In this document: positions 1-11,850 of the stretch, piece after piece
Position numbering within the stretch: position 1 is the first letter of the stretch
How the letters are laid out: each line of letters opens with the position of its first letter
From: Mobula hypostoma
Taxonomy: Eukaryota
NCBI RefSeq assembly: GCF_963921235.1
Contig: NC_086108.1
Location: forward strand, 107,076,001 to 107,140,000
DNA length: 64,000 bases
Direction: 5' to 3'
The notes under the pieces: generated by a model
The model's database searches: none
Told to the model about the DNA's origin: nothing
What the model saw: the letters and a program-made list of their open reading frames with translations, nothing else
Program-made: the position numbers and the translations under genes

Positions 1-522
1 CTGGTCGCCTCACTACAGGAAGGATGTGGAAGCCATAGAAAGGATGCAGAGGAGATTTATAAGGATGTTGCCTAAATTGGGGAGCATGCCTTATGTGAAT
101 AGGTTGAGTGAACTTGGCCTTTTCTCCTTGGAGCAACAGAGGATGAGAGGTGACCTGATAGAGGTGTACAAGATAATGAGAGGCATTGATCGTGTGGATA
201 GTCAGAGGTTTTTTTCCCAGGACTGAAATGGCTAACATGAGAGGGAACAGTTTTAAAGTGCTTAGAAGTAGGTACAGAGGAGATGTCAGGGGTAAGTTTT
301 TTACCCAGAGAGTGGTGAGTGCATGGAATGGGCTGCCAGTGACTGTGGTGGAGGCAGATACAATAGGGTCTTCTAAGAGACTCCTGGATAATACACGGAG
401 CTTAGAAAAATAGAGGGCTATGGGTAACCTTAGGTAATTTCTAAAGTAAGTAAATGTTCAGCACAACATTGCGGGCCGAAGGGCCTGTATTGTGCAGTAG
501 GTTTTCTATATTCTATGTTTCT
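1..522 (+). mobile_element. CR1 LINE 3' fragment (ORF2 C-terminus, 3' UTR and tail)
   Basis: Translates to CR1 C-terminal motifs (RMRGDLIEVYKIMRG, FFTQRVVSAWNGLP); ends in TTCTATG-like repeat tail. Confidence 0.9.
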
Positions 523-808
523 AATTCTGCCCCTATATTTTATGGTCTTGTGGGTGCACATTCCCATATTGTTCGTTCAATGTGTACTACCATCCCCTCC
601 TGACCCGAACTCCATTGTATTCATAAATAGGAGACTACAAAACTTGCAAGGTTCGTAATGCAAGTTCTATGTTTTTTTAACGTGTCATAGAGTCATCGAG
701 ATATAGAGTCACACAGTATATATAGGCCCTTCATCCAACTGAGCAATGCTAACCAAACTTCCAATCTAAGCTAGTCCAAATTAAACACTTAGCCTCTATC
801 CCTCTAAC

Positions 809-864
809 CAGGGGTTCTCGACCTTTGTTCATGCCAGAGTGGACCCCAGGATGGGAAACTCCTG
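809..864. mobile_element. Very short hAT (Charlie-like) MITE inside a minus-strand CR1 fragment
   Basis: Termini CAGGGGTTCTC...GGGAAACTCCTG; degenerate 8 bp flanks CCTCTAAC/CTCTGAAC; internally deleted reverse copy of the element at 19214-19292. Confidence 0.6.
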
Positions 865-1139
865 CTCTGAACCTTGTATCGCCATGTACCTGTCCTAGTG
901 TCTTTTTAAAGTTGTTAATGTACCTGCTCCAAGCGCTTCCTCCAGTACATTGACCACCCTGTGAGTGAAAAATTTGCCTACCAGCAGTTGGCATAACACT
1001 ATTACAGCAAAGTGTAATTTTCCTGTAATTAATTCAATTCCAGCTACTCTCTGTAAGGAGGTTGTACAGTATGTTCTCTCCATGGCTGTGAGGGTTTTCC
1101 CCGAGTGCACCAGTCTCCTCTCCACATTCCAAAGATGTA

Positions 1140-1485
1140 TCAGTTCAGAATCAGGTTTAATAGCACTGGCATATGTCGTGAAATTTGTAGCAGCAGTACA
1201 ATGCAATGCATAATAATAGAACAAAATGTGAATTACATTAACTCTATACACTATATTCAATAGTTAAATTAAATAAGTGGTGCAAAAATGAAAACAAAAA
1301 TGTACTGAGGTAGTGTTCACGGGTTCAATGTCCACTCAGAAGTTGCATGACAGAGGGGAAGAAGCTGTTCCTGGATCACTGAGTGTGTGTCTTCAAGGTT
1401 CTGTATCTCCTACTTGATGGTAACAATGAGAACAAGACATGACCTGGCTGGTGGAGGTCCTCAGTAATGGATGCTCCCTTTTTGA
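1140..1485 (-). mobile_element. Rex1/Babar-like LINE 3' fragment
   Basis: (CAGAAT)n tail and reverse-strand HHPGH..RYR..H..RFRNSFFP-type C-terminus shared with many copies in the window. Confidence 0.7.
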
Positions 1486-1683
1486 ATCGGTTAATTGGTC
1501 ATATGAGTGTAATTAGGTGGTGCAGAAGGGCCTGTTACAGTGCTGTATCTCTAAAGTGAAATAAAATAAAATCAATTTCTCCCTTCTCGCCTTACACCTC
1601 TGCCCTCTAGTTCTTGGGGAAGAAGATAGAGGACATTCAGCCAGTCTATACCCTTTGTGATTTTTTCACATCTGCGATAGTTG

Positions 1684-2140
1684 TCAGGGTGTGCCCTGAA
1701 ATGGGAAGCTGTTCAGAGTGAAAGTGCAAGATAAGACTGTTGGCAAAATGGAATTAGTTGGATCGTTGTTGTAGAAAGAAGTGGATAATAAGGCCTTCCC
1801 CATGGGGCTTGGAGGTACGTAAACACTGGAAATCCATAGGAAAGATGAAGGTGCGGGGGCTGGGGAACCAGAAAGTGTCAAAATTGTGGAGTTGCTCTGG
1901 CAGAGTGTTTCTTGTTGCAGATTCCAGCATCTTACCCAAAGAAGGGCATAGGTTTAATGTAAGAATAATAAGATTTAATAAGAACATGAGACACAGCTTT
2001 TTCAACCATTTCCCCTCAAACACTTTCATCTCCCTAGCTGAACATGTTCTCACTGAGAACTAAGCTGGTTAGATGCATCCATGGTCACTCATATGGATCC
2101 ACCCGATGCCTGATTCTTTCCGGCCACATGGTATAGTCCT
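1684..2140. mobile_element. Decayed Penelope-like RT fragments on both strands
   Basis: Minus strand FPSPRTFIFPMDFQCLRTSKPHGEGL resembles the PLE RT motif IFTMDVxSLYTSIPHxEGL; plus strand NTFISLAEHVLTEN resembles TLIRLAELVLTLN. Confidence 0.6.
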
Positions 2141-2920
2141 CTGTATATGAGATCAACTGAGAGTTTTCAAGTATTTCAAGTATCAATATTTTGCGGAGTT
2201 GATGGGTGAGAGAGTTCTCTGACCAGTGGAACTGCTAGATCTTTGCAAAGGGTTTGAGGGATGTCAGCAAAACAAAAGAGAAGATTATTGACCCCAGGAC
2301 GGGGAGCAAATGCACATGATCCTGTCTGCATCAGTGGTGCTGAAGTCACAATTTGAGAGCTTCAGGTTCCTTGAAGTGAACTATACTGGTCCAATCGCGT
2401 AGATGCCTCAGCCAAGGAAGCTCACCAACACCTTTACTTCCTCAGGAGGCCAAGGAAACTTGGCAGGTCTCCACTGACCCTTATAAATTTTTATTAATGC
2501 AACATAGAAAGCACCTTTCTGTATATATCACTGCTTGGTATGGCGACTGTGGCAGGCAAGCAGGTGTTTAGCACCATCTGCCTGCGTTTGAGTGGTCTCT
2601 CTCTTGGTTTTGCTTGCAGCCGCTGGTGGAAGGTTCCTGCATTTGACTGACCTCTCTCTCCCTCTCACTCGGTGCTGCCGGAGACATGGACCTTGAACCA
2701 GGTTTAATCGGTGTGGTCTGCAGACTGGACTCTGTAGTTCATGTAGTGGTGTGTTTCTGGTTTCTGGTTACTGCTTTGTTATGGCTATTTTGTGCGACTT
2801 TGATCGGTGTGGACTGGCTCTGCAGCCTGTGGTCAATGAACGACGCAGTGCTAAACTGAACTTAACTGACACTGTTTCAATGACTCTGTGGTTTAGTGTT
2901 TTATATTCTGTGTGTCTAAG

Positions 2921-3182
2921 AAATTCCTTCTCATCTCTGTTCTGAATGGACATCTCTCTATCTTGAGGCTGTGCCCTCCAGTCCCAGACTCACCCACTAC
3001 AGGAAACATCTTCTCCCCATTCACTCTATCTGGGCCTTTCAATATTTGTTCGGTTTCAATTGAATTCCCCCTCCTTCTCCTAAATGGTTCCAAGCTCAGA
3101 ACCATTAAATGCTCCTTGAACATTAACCCTTTCAATCCCGGAATCATTCTCATGAAACTCCTCTGGGCCGTCTTCAATGCCA
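2921..3182 (-). mobile_element. CR1 3' fragment
   Basis: RMIPGLKGL...GGHSLKIERCPFRTEMRRNF in the ORF track. Confidence 0.85.
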
Positions 3183-3654
3183 ATAAACCAATTCCAATTC
3201 CAGTCCGTGCTTCATGTTTGCTGTCCACCTGGTAACTCTTCCCATACGGTGGCATCTGAGACTCTGTACAGTCAGCAGTAATGTGAGATTGCTCATGCCA
3301 TCCCAAACCCAGTTCTCATGACACAATCTCCATTTTAAAATGTCTTGCTAGTAACCATCTGCCTGCCTTTTATCTACTTCCGTATCTTTTGGTCACGTTT
3401 TCTTGCTGCAACCTGTTACTCGAGCAGATGGGAGGAAAGAACAAAATATCACAATTGCCAGGAATTCGAATTAAATCTAGATGCAGCAAACACTCAACAG
3501 GTCAAGCTGAGTCTGCAAGGAGGGCTTGTATTTATGGAATATCTTTTTGAGTCTGGGATTGTCCAGATGCACTTCGCAGGCAGGAGTAAATAAAGAAGGC
3601 AAGTTTCACATTTTGCACAGCATACAGTATTAAGATGGATGCTCACAGTATGTT

Positions 3655-3972
3655 TCCAAGGTAGCAGAGTCTGAAACAAGAGTGCATAGATTTAAGTTGA
3701 GAGGGAACATCCCTATCTACCAGAGATTAGAAGGAATTTGTTATTCCAGAGGGTGGTGAAGCCATGGAATTCTTAGCCACAGACGGCTGTGAAGCACAAG
3801 TCATTGGCTATATTTAAAGCAGAGGTTGATATGTTCTTGTTTAGTAAGGACATCAAAAGCTATGGGGAGAAGGCAGGAGATGGGGTTGGAAGGGATTATA
3901 AATCAGCCATGATGGAATGGCAGAGTAGATCTGATGGGCTGAATTGCCTAATTCTGTTCCTATGTCTTATGG
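3655..3972 (+). mobile_element. CR1 3' fragment
   Basis: RVVxxWNS..IFKAEVD motif plus typical 3' UTR ending CTGTTCCTATGTCTTATGG. Confidence 0.8.
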
Positions 3973-4514
3973 GAGAGGGGAGAGACTTAAGAGAACCTGA
4001 GTAATACCGTTCATTGTAAACACATCAATGTAACTCTTCCCTCCCACATAAAGGCCCTCCATTTTATTTCATCCATGTGCCTATCTAAGAGTCTCTTAAA
4101 TGTATCTGATGTATCTGTCTCTAGCACCATATTTGGCAGTGTATTCCACCCATGGGAGGAAACCAGAGCACCCGGAGGAATCCACGTGGTCATGTGGAGA
4201 ACCTACAAACTCCTTACAGGCAGAGGCAGAATCATTGGCACTGTAAATATTAAATATTACCTTTATTTGCTACATACAGTATGGAATGAAATGCATCGTT
4301 TGCATTAGTGAGGATTGTGCTGAGCAGGCCGCAAGGGTTACCATGCTTCTGGTATCGAGACAGCATGCCCACAACCCACTAATCAAAACAGGATGCGGGA
4401 GAAAGCCAGGGCATCTGAAGGAAACTGATACGCTCATGGGAAGAAGGCACAAAATCCTTACAAGCAGCAGTGGGAATTGAACCCCAATCTTACAGCTTGC
4501 TACTACCATCTTCA

Positions 4515-4861
4515 TCATCGTATGACATGGGTGATCATGGACTGATGACCTTGATCGTTCTTGGCAAATTTTTCTACAGGAGTGGTTTGCCATTGCCTTC
4601 TTCTGGGCAGTGTCTTTACAAGACGAGTAACCCCAGCCATAATCAATACTCTTCAGAGATTGTCTGTCCTGGCGTCAGTGGTCACATAACCAGGACTTGT
4701 GATCTGCACCGGCTGCTCATATGACCATCCACCACCTGCTCCCATGGCTTCATGTGACCCTGAACCTGGGGGATGGGAATAAGCAGGGGCTACACCTTGC
4801 CCGAGGGTGACCTGCGTCTAACACCTCCTTTGGTAAAGACATATCTCCACCCTGCTACCCA
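4515..4861 (-). mobile_element. RTE-derived non-autonomous short element
   Basis: Contains the Bov-A-like GAAGAAGGCAATGGCAAACCAC motif on the minus strand; colinear copies at 31537-31890 (+), 37890-38240 (-) and partial 12688-12768 (-). Confidence 0.7.
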
Positions 4862-5745
4862 TACTGGAAGTAAAAATCCTACCTCTGCCATCTCCAGGTT
4901 TCCAGATTCAGATTTAGATAACACATGTACATTGAAACATACTGTGAAATGCATCGCCTGCATTGACTACAAACAATCCCAGCACACGAGTATCACCACA
5001 CATTCCAGCACCAATTTAGCAGGGCCAAAATATTCCCCTAATCACCTGAAAATTATGCCATCTCGTATTAGTCATTTCTGCCCCAGGAAAAGGGCTACCC
5101 ACCCTATCAATGCCTTAAGTGAGATAATGTTTCTTCAACAACCTTTAATCCTCCCACCAATTAATTTAAGTCTATCCCTCCACCTCGCCTCACTTAATTG
5201 ATGGTTTTCTTCGGAAGAAAGTAAATTCTTTCTGTTTACCTGATCTGGGCCTCAGAAATTTTTGCATGCCTCAATTAAATCTCCCCTCAGCCTCCTTTGT
5301 TCCAGAGCAAACAACACTGGCCAGGTCAGCCTCTCCTCATGACCGTAAATCCTCGACCCTGGCAACAAGCTTCCAAATAACAGGTTACTCTTTAACATTT
5401 GTTCTCCCTTTTGACTCAAACGCTCGGCTCATGTTGCACGATGGTGTCGGTTAACATCACATCTGAGCCATTAAGTATTCTGCAGAGGAAGTCACCAGAT
5501 CTAAATGTAGAAATGGGATGAGATCCAGGTCAGGAAATAGCAAAAGAAGAAAAAAAGAAAAATACAAATAGATTTCGTGCCAAGCTTCCCAAGGGTTATC
5601 TCACATTCCCTTCACCCCTCCTTAAGGTTGAAAGAATATCAAAGTTCAAAGTTCAAAGTAAACTTATTATCAAGGTACATATATGTCATCATATGAATCC
5701 TGTGATCCATTTTCTTGTGAACATTTACAGTAAAAGCAAATCAAA

Positions 5746-6180
5746 ATTTAGAGAGTATGCATTATGATCAGAGATTAAGGGAGCTAGGGCTTTACTCTTT
5801 GGAGAGAAGGAGGATGAGAGGAAACATGATAGAGGTGTACAAGATATTAAGAGGAATAGATAGAGTGGATAGCCAGCACCTCTTCCCCAGGGCACCGCTG
5901 CTCAATACAAGAGGACATAGCTTTAAGGTAAGGGGTGGGAAGTTCAAGGGGGATATTAGAGGAAGGTTTTTTACTCAGAGAGTGGTTGGTGCATGGAATG
6001 CACTGCCTGAGTCAGTGGTGGAGGCAGATACACTAGTGAAGTTTAAGAGACTACTAGACAGGTATATGGAGTAATTTAGGGTGGGGGGTTATATGGGAGG
6101 CAGGGGTTGAGGGGCGGCACAACATCATGGGCCAAAGGGCCTGTAAAGTGCTGTACTATTCTATGTTCGATGTTCTATGT
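5746..6180 (+). mobile_element. CR1 3' fragment inserted in a Rex1-like fragment
   Basis: ORF 5757-6074 LGLYSLERRRMRGNMIEVYK...FFTQRVVGAWNALP; TTCTATG tail. Confidence 0.9.
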
Positions 6181-6533
6181 ACAAGCAAAAGTAAATAAAT
6201 AAGCAATAAATATCAAGAACACAAAATGAAGAGTCCTTGAAAGTGAGTCCATAGGTTGTAGGAAGAGTTCAGTATTGGTGTTAGTGAAGTTGAGTGAAGC
6301 TATCACCTCTGTTCAAGAGACTGATGGTTGAGGGGTAATGACAGCTCATGAACCTGGTGTTATGAGTCCCAAGACCCCTGTACCTCTTTTTTGATGTCAG
6401 CAGCAAGAAGAAAGCAAGGCCTGGATGCTGGGGGTCTTTGATGATGGATGCTGCTTTCCTGCAAAGGCACTCCATGTAGATGTGCTCAATGGTGAGGAGG
6501 CCTTTACCCATGATGGACTGGGCCACATCCATT
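6181..6533 (-). mobile_element. Rex1/Babar-like LINE 3' fragment (resumes at 7620-7745)
   Basis: ORF 6281-6532 RKAASIIKDPQHPG..LL.SKKRYRGL. Confidence 0.75.
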
Positions 6534-7619
6534 TGTGACGAAAATACACATAGATTAAGAGGTTAGCTGGCCTGGGCTGGCACCAATGGGATCAGCAAAC
6601 AACAGGAATTCTGCAGATGCTGGAAATTCAAGCAACATACATCAAAGTTGCTGGTGAACGCAGCAGGCCAAGCAGCATCTATAGGAAGAGGCGCAGTCGA
6701 CGTTTCAGGACGAAGGGTCTCGGCCTGAAACGTCGACTGCGCCTCTTTCTATAGATGCTGCTTGGCCTGCTGCGTTCACCAGCAACTTTGATGTATGTTA
6801 ATGGGATCAGCAGTTGGTCTGCCACCTGTCTTCAGGAGCGAGAGAGATAAGGAAAACAATGGAGCAGCATTTGGAGTTGTTAATGAAGGAAGGAGAGCTG
6901 TCAAGATTGGCTCCCCCTTTGAACCCTGAACTGTTTGAAGTGATGGACAGGCGATACCCCAGCAGGGGGATAAAAAGGGACAGGTTCGCTAAGGCAAGAG
7001 ATACACGACACCCCGAGGTAACGAGACCCTGGAAGCGGTGCGTCTCTCACAAGTCGGTGGGAAGTTCTTGGACGGCTGATCGCGGGATCAAGCCATAGAC
7101 GCTCAGGGTGGAAAGGCACGATCGGCGGGAACCTGGTGTGTGTCCACCCTTGCCTGGGTGCCGGGTTCACTGCAGAGAAACGATCGCATCTGGAAACGGA
7201 GGGATCACGGTCGGTGACCTCAGATGACATCACAAAAGACTCGCCCGAAAGCTGACTGCGAAGGTCTGTGTGTGGAAGCCGTTTGAATATTCATTCGTTT
7301 TTGCTCTCTCTCTCCTTCCCCCCACTGTCCATCCACAGCGATTACTGCGAACTGAACTGAACTAAATTGAACTGAACTTTGCGTCACTTTGAAACTGGTC
7401 ATTTACCCCTAGACAACGATAGAGCTTGATTGATCCTGTTATCTTAATTCTGTGTACATGTGTGTTTATCATTGCTGAACTGTTGCATTCATTATCCTTT
7501 TGATTAGAGTGCTGTGTTGCTTGTTTCTTTAATAAAACTTTCTTAGTTCTAGTAATCCAGACTCCAACTGAGTGATCCATTTCTGCTGGTTTGGCAACCC
7601 AGTTACGGGGTACGTAACA
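6534..7619 (+). mobile_element. Solo LTR with a nested Penelope-derived insertion
   Basis: TGTGACG...CGTAACA inverted termini; exact 4 bp TSD CATT; AATAAA at 7531. Confidence 0.85.
6598..6799. mobile_element. Fold-back Penelope-derived insertion
   Basis: 13 bp TSD AATGGGATCAGCA (6585-6597, 6800-6812); near-perfect inverted arms of about 75 bp joined inside the hammerhead motif. Confidence 0.85.
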
Positions 7620-7840
7620 CATTCAAGAGCATTGGTGCTTCCATACCTGGACATGATGCAACTAGTCAACATAATCTACACCGCACAGCTATAGAAGTTC
7701 ATCAAAGAACTTCAAAGAAGTTTGCAAACTTCTAAGAAAGTAAAGAATTATAGCATGCCCTGCAAGATGGACAAAAACTGTGCACAATTAGAGATTTGGC
7801 ACTGAAATGATTAAAGATTAGTTTTTATATGTCATATGTA

Positions 7841-8564
7841 TGTAAGTGGTTTCTTCTTTTATGTTACTGCGAAGGCTAACAAAATGGTTTCTTTGTTATG
7901 TTATCATTAAAATGGGTCTTCTGTAATAATAACTGCGATGTAAGGAGTTCTCTCTCTCTCTCTCTCTGCCTGTTTGGGTTGTATTATTGATAAGAGGGAA
8001 AAACGAACCAATTGGGATTGATGTTATTCTTTCTTGTGTATCTGTAGGCTATTATTTTTCGCGGGCATTGAGGCAGAAGGTGGAAGGTGACAGAGAGAAG
8101 AGACGCGATGCTGTAAGCTGGGCGGCGGGATGGACCTCAAGCTGGGGTCCAAGGCTCAGAGTCTTTGGCAAGGAGAGGAGACGAAGACAGACTCATGTGG
8201 AGCGTCTGGTTGACCACCATGGTTGGTCTCGGGTGGCGGGTCGAGGGGGTCGGAGGGGATCGAATGGTGGAAAGAAGACTCCGTTTCTTGAGCTCCAACT
8301 GTTGTGCATGAAGTGGTTGAACTTTGATAAGTTTGGTGCCATTTATTTTCCTTTTATATTCTATCTCTATTAATTACATAGTCCCAGCAAGATCTATAAA
8401 GTGTAATCATTTAATCGCATATGGTGTATTGTCTGTTCTTTGGTGGGGTGGGGTACATCACACAGCATCCACACAAACTTGATTACCCAGTTTGGTGGGG
8501 TCGAAGGCTGTTCCCCCTAGACGAAAGCGAGTTGAGCGAGCCTGAGGCTTACCAGGGGGCTACA
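7841..8564. mobile_element. Solo LTR
   Basis: TGTA...TACA termini; exact 4 bp TSD TGTA. Confidence 0.75.
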
Positions 8565-8580
8565 TGTAGATTGAAACAAA

Positions 8581-9922
8581 CAAGCGGAGGCCATTTTATT
8601 AGGTGCATCTCACTCCTTTTGTTAATGCAAATATCTAATCAGCCAGTCACTTGGCAGCAACTCAGTGCATAAAAGCATCCAGACATGGTCAAGAGGTTTA
8701 GTTATTGCTGTGACCAAACATCAGAGTGGGGAAGTTAGAGCTGTTGGGGAGGGTTTAAACTAACTTGGCAGGGGGTAGGAACTGGAGTGAAGGGACTCAG
8801 GTTAGAACAGATGGTGAAAAAAACAAAGACAGCATTGCAGCCAGCAGGGATGCAGAATCAGAAAGAGTAGCAAAGACAGTACTAAATTGTTATATCTCAA
8901 TGCACAAAATATAGCAAATAAGGTGGGTGATCTTGTTGCACTGTTACAGATTGTCAGTTATGATGTTGTGGCCATCACTGAATCATGGCTGAAGGATGGT
9001 TACAGTTGGGAGCTACATGTGCAAGGTTACATACTGTATCGGAGGGATAGAAAGGTAAGCAAAGGGGATGGTGTGGCTCTGCTGGCGAAAAATGGCATCA
9101 AATCAGTAGAAAGATGTGACGTAGGATCAGAAGATGTTGAATCCTTGTGGGTTGAATTAAGAAACTGCGAGGTCTTTTAGATACAGGCCTCCCAACAGAA
9201 GCTGAAATGTGGATCACAGATGACAACAGGAAGTAGAAAAGTTCTGTCAAAAGGATAGTGCTATGATAGTCATGGGAGATTTCAACATGCAGGTCGATTG
9301 GGAAATTTAGGATGGAAATGGATCTCAAGAGAGTGAGTTTGTTGATTATCTACAAGATGGCTTTTTAGAGCAGTTTGTCATTGAGCCTACTAGGGGATCA
9401 GCTATACTGGACTGGGTTTTATGTAATGAACCAGAGTTGGTTAGGGAGCTGAAGGTAAAATAACCCTTAGGAAGCAGTGATCACAATATGATTGAGTTCA
9501 ACTTGAAATTTGATGGGGAGATAGTAAAGTTTGGTGCAGCAGTATTTCAGAGGAGTAAAGGAAATTGTAGTGGTATGAGAGAGGAGTTGGCCAAAGTAAA
9601 TTGGATGGAGATGCTGGCAGAGATGACAGCAGAGCCACAATGGTGTGAGTTTCTGGGAAAAATGTGGAAGGTGCAGGATAGGTGTATTCCAAAAATGAAG
9701 AAATACTCAAATGGCAAACTAGTACAACCATGGCTGACAAGGGAAGTCAACAGTAACTCAAATAACCACAGGTTGCAACAGTGGCGTGCAGAAAAGCATC
9801 TCTGAATGCACAACATGTTGAACCTTGAAGTGGATGGGCTACAGCAGCAGAAGACCATGAACGTACACTCAATGGCCATTTTATTAGGTACAGTAGGTAC
9901 CTAATAATGTAGCCACTGAGTG
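8581..9922 (+). mobile_element. Non-autonomous Tc1/mariner derivative interrupted by a CR1 fragment
   Basis: Degenerate TIR CACTCAGTGGCCACTTTATTAGGTAC at both ends; transposase N-terminal remnant (LKWMGYSSRRP) just before the right end. Confidence 0.75.
8735..9748 (+). mobile_element. CR1 ORF2 5' part (APE endonuclease), decayed
   Basis: LYLNAQNIANKVGDL, YDVVAITESWL, MGDFN, SDHNMIEF motifs. Confidence 0.9.
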
Positions 9923-11465
9923 TGTCTGTACTGTGATAGTATATTTACCTTGAACTTCGGCTGTTGAAACTATTTGGGATAGTTCTGCTAGTTATTAGCC
10001 AGCAAACACATTAGAGGACAATGTAGGCACACTTCACACTGATTAAAGGCCAGAAGAAGGGAGGAGGCAAGTACAAAGGTTTTCCTGTACAGACATGGAC
10101 ACAACTGTGTTCCCTCGATGATGTGGTTTTGTGGGTTTTCTGATCTCTCATACTCAAGAGAAATAGTACATTTATTATCAAAATATGAATCTCAAGGAGA
10201 CATATGGATTTTCCTGTAGACATTTACAGGAGAATGAAGAAATACAATAGAATTAATGAAAAAAATTTGAAGATTCAAGATTCAAAGTACATTTATTTTC
10301 CAAGTGTGAATGCAAAACACAACCCTGAAAGTCATCTTCCCACAGACAACCACAAAACAAAGAAAACCATGGAATCTGTTCAAAGAAAACATCACACCCC
10401 CACTGTGCTAAAAAAAAATAACAATTGCTCAAACAGAAAAAAGAACAAAAAAACACAGAATATAAAACACCAAACTACAAAAGTAATTGAAATAATCCAG
10501 GCATATTCAGTCCAGCTCAATTCAGGTCAATCTAGCATTGAGTTGTTCAGTAACTACACATAAACAAAGACTTACAAACAACTAATGTGCAAAAGGAGGC
10601 AAGTTGTACAAATATAAAAAAATACGAAAATGGTGAATCGCAGAGTGCTTGAAAGTGAACCCATAGGTTGCAGAATCAGTTCAGCATTGAGGTGAGTGAA
10701 GTTATCTGCGCTGTTTCAGAAGCCTGATAATAACTGACTCTCTCCGACCATTGAATTTGTCTACACTTCCTGCTGCCTGTAGAAAGCAGGGACCTCTCCC
10801 ACACCATTCGCTCTCTCTTCTGCCTATTCGCGTCAGACGGAAGATGCAAAAGCATGTACCGCCAGGCTCATCTATCCCACTGTCATCAAGTTCCTGAACG
10901 AAACTCTCTTATGATAAGGATGTACTCTTGATTTTTCGATCTTGGCCGGGTATAGAGAATCTGATATGTTATATGAAGTGTTGTAGACACAGCCAACTCC
11001 ATCATGCGCACAAACTTCCCACCATCAAGAACATCTTCAAAAGCCAGTGCCTCAAGAAGGATTTTATTAAGGACCCTTTAAGGACCTTCACCATCAAAGA
11101 TATACCTTCTTCTCATTATTATCATCAGGGAGGAGGTACAGGAGTCCGAAGATCTACATTCAATGGTTTCGGACCAATTTATTCCCCTCCTCCATCAAAG
11201 TTCTGATCGGTTCACAAACCTATGAATGCTAACTCACCATTCCTTGTTTGCACTTTTTTTTTTGAAAATTATAGCAATTTTTGTCTTGGACAGCATGGCT
11301 GCCACAAAGTACCAAATTGCATGACAGGTCAGTGATAATAAACAGTATTCTGATTCGATTAACTCATCATGGCCCTTGCATTTTATCTGTCTACCTGCAC
11401 TGCATTTTCTCTGTAAATGTAATTCAGCATTCTATTATTATTCTTTACTACCACAACGTATTTGA

Positions 11466-11850
11466 ATTCAGTGGCCGCTTTATTAGGTACATGAGTACCT
11501 TTGCTCATTAATGTAAATATCTAAGAAGCAATCATGCGGCAGCAATTCAATATATAAAAGCATGCAGATACGGTCAAGAGGTCCAGTTAGTGTTCAGACC
11601 AAATATCAGAATGGCGAAGAGGAGTGATCTAAATGATTTGGACTGTGGATTGATTGTTGGTGTCAGATGGGGTGGTTTGAATATCTCAGCAACTGCTGAT
11701 CTCCCGAGATTTTCATGCACAACACTTTCTTGAGTTTACAGAGAATGGTGCAAGAAACAAAAAAGAAAATTCTGTGGGTGAAAATCACCTTGTTAATAAG
11801 AGATGTCAGAGGAGAATGGCCAGACTGATCCAAGCTGACAGGAAGCGTAA
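11466..11850 (+). mobile_element. Tc1/mariner 5' fragment
   Basis: TIR TTCAGTGGCCGCTTTATTAGGTAC followed by remnant HTH (DFDxGxIVG..GGLxISxTADL). Confidence 0.75.
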
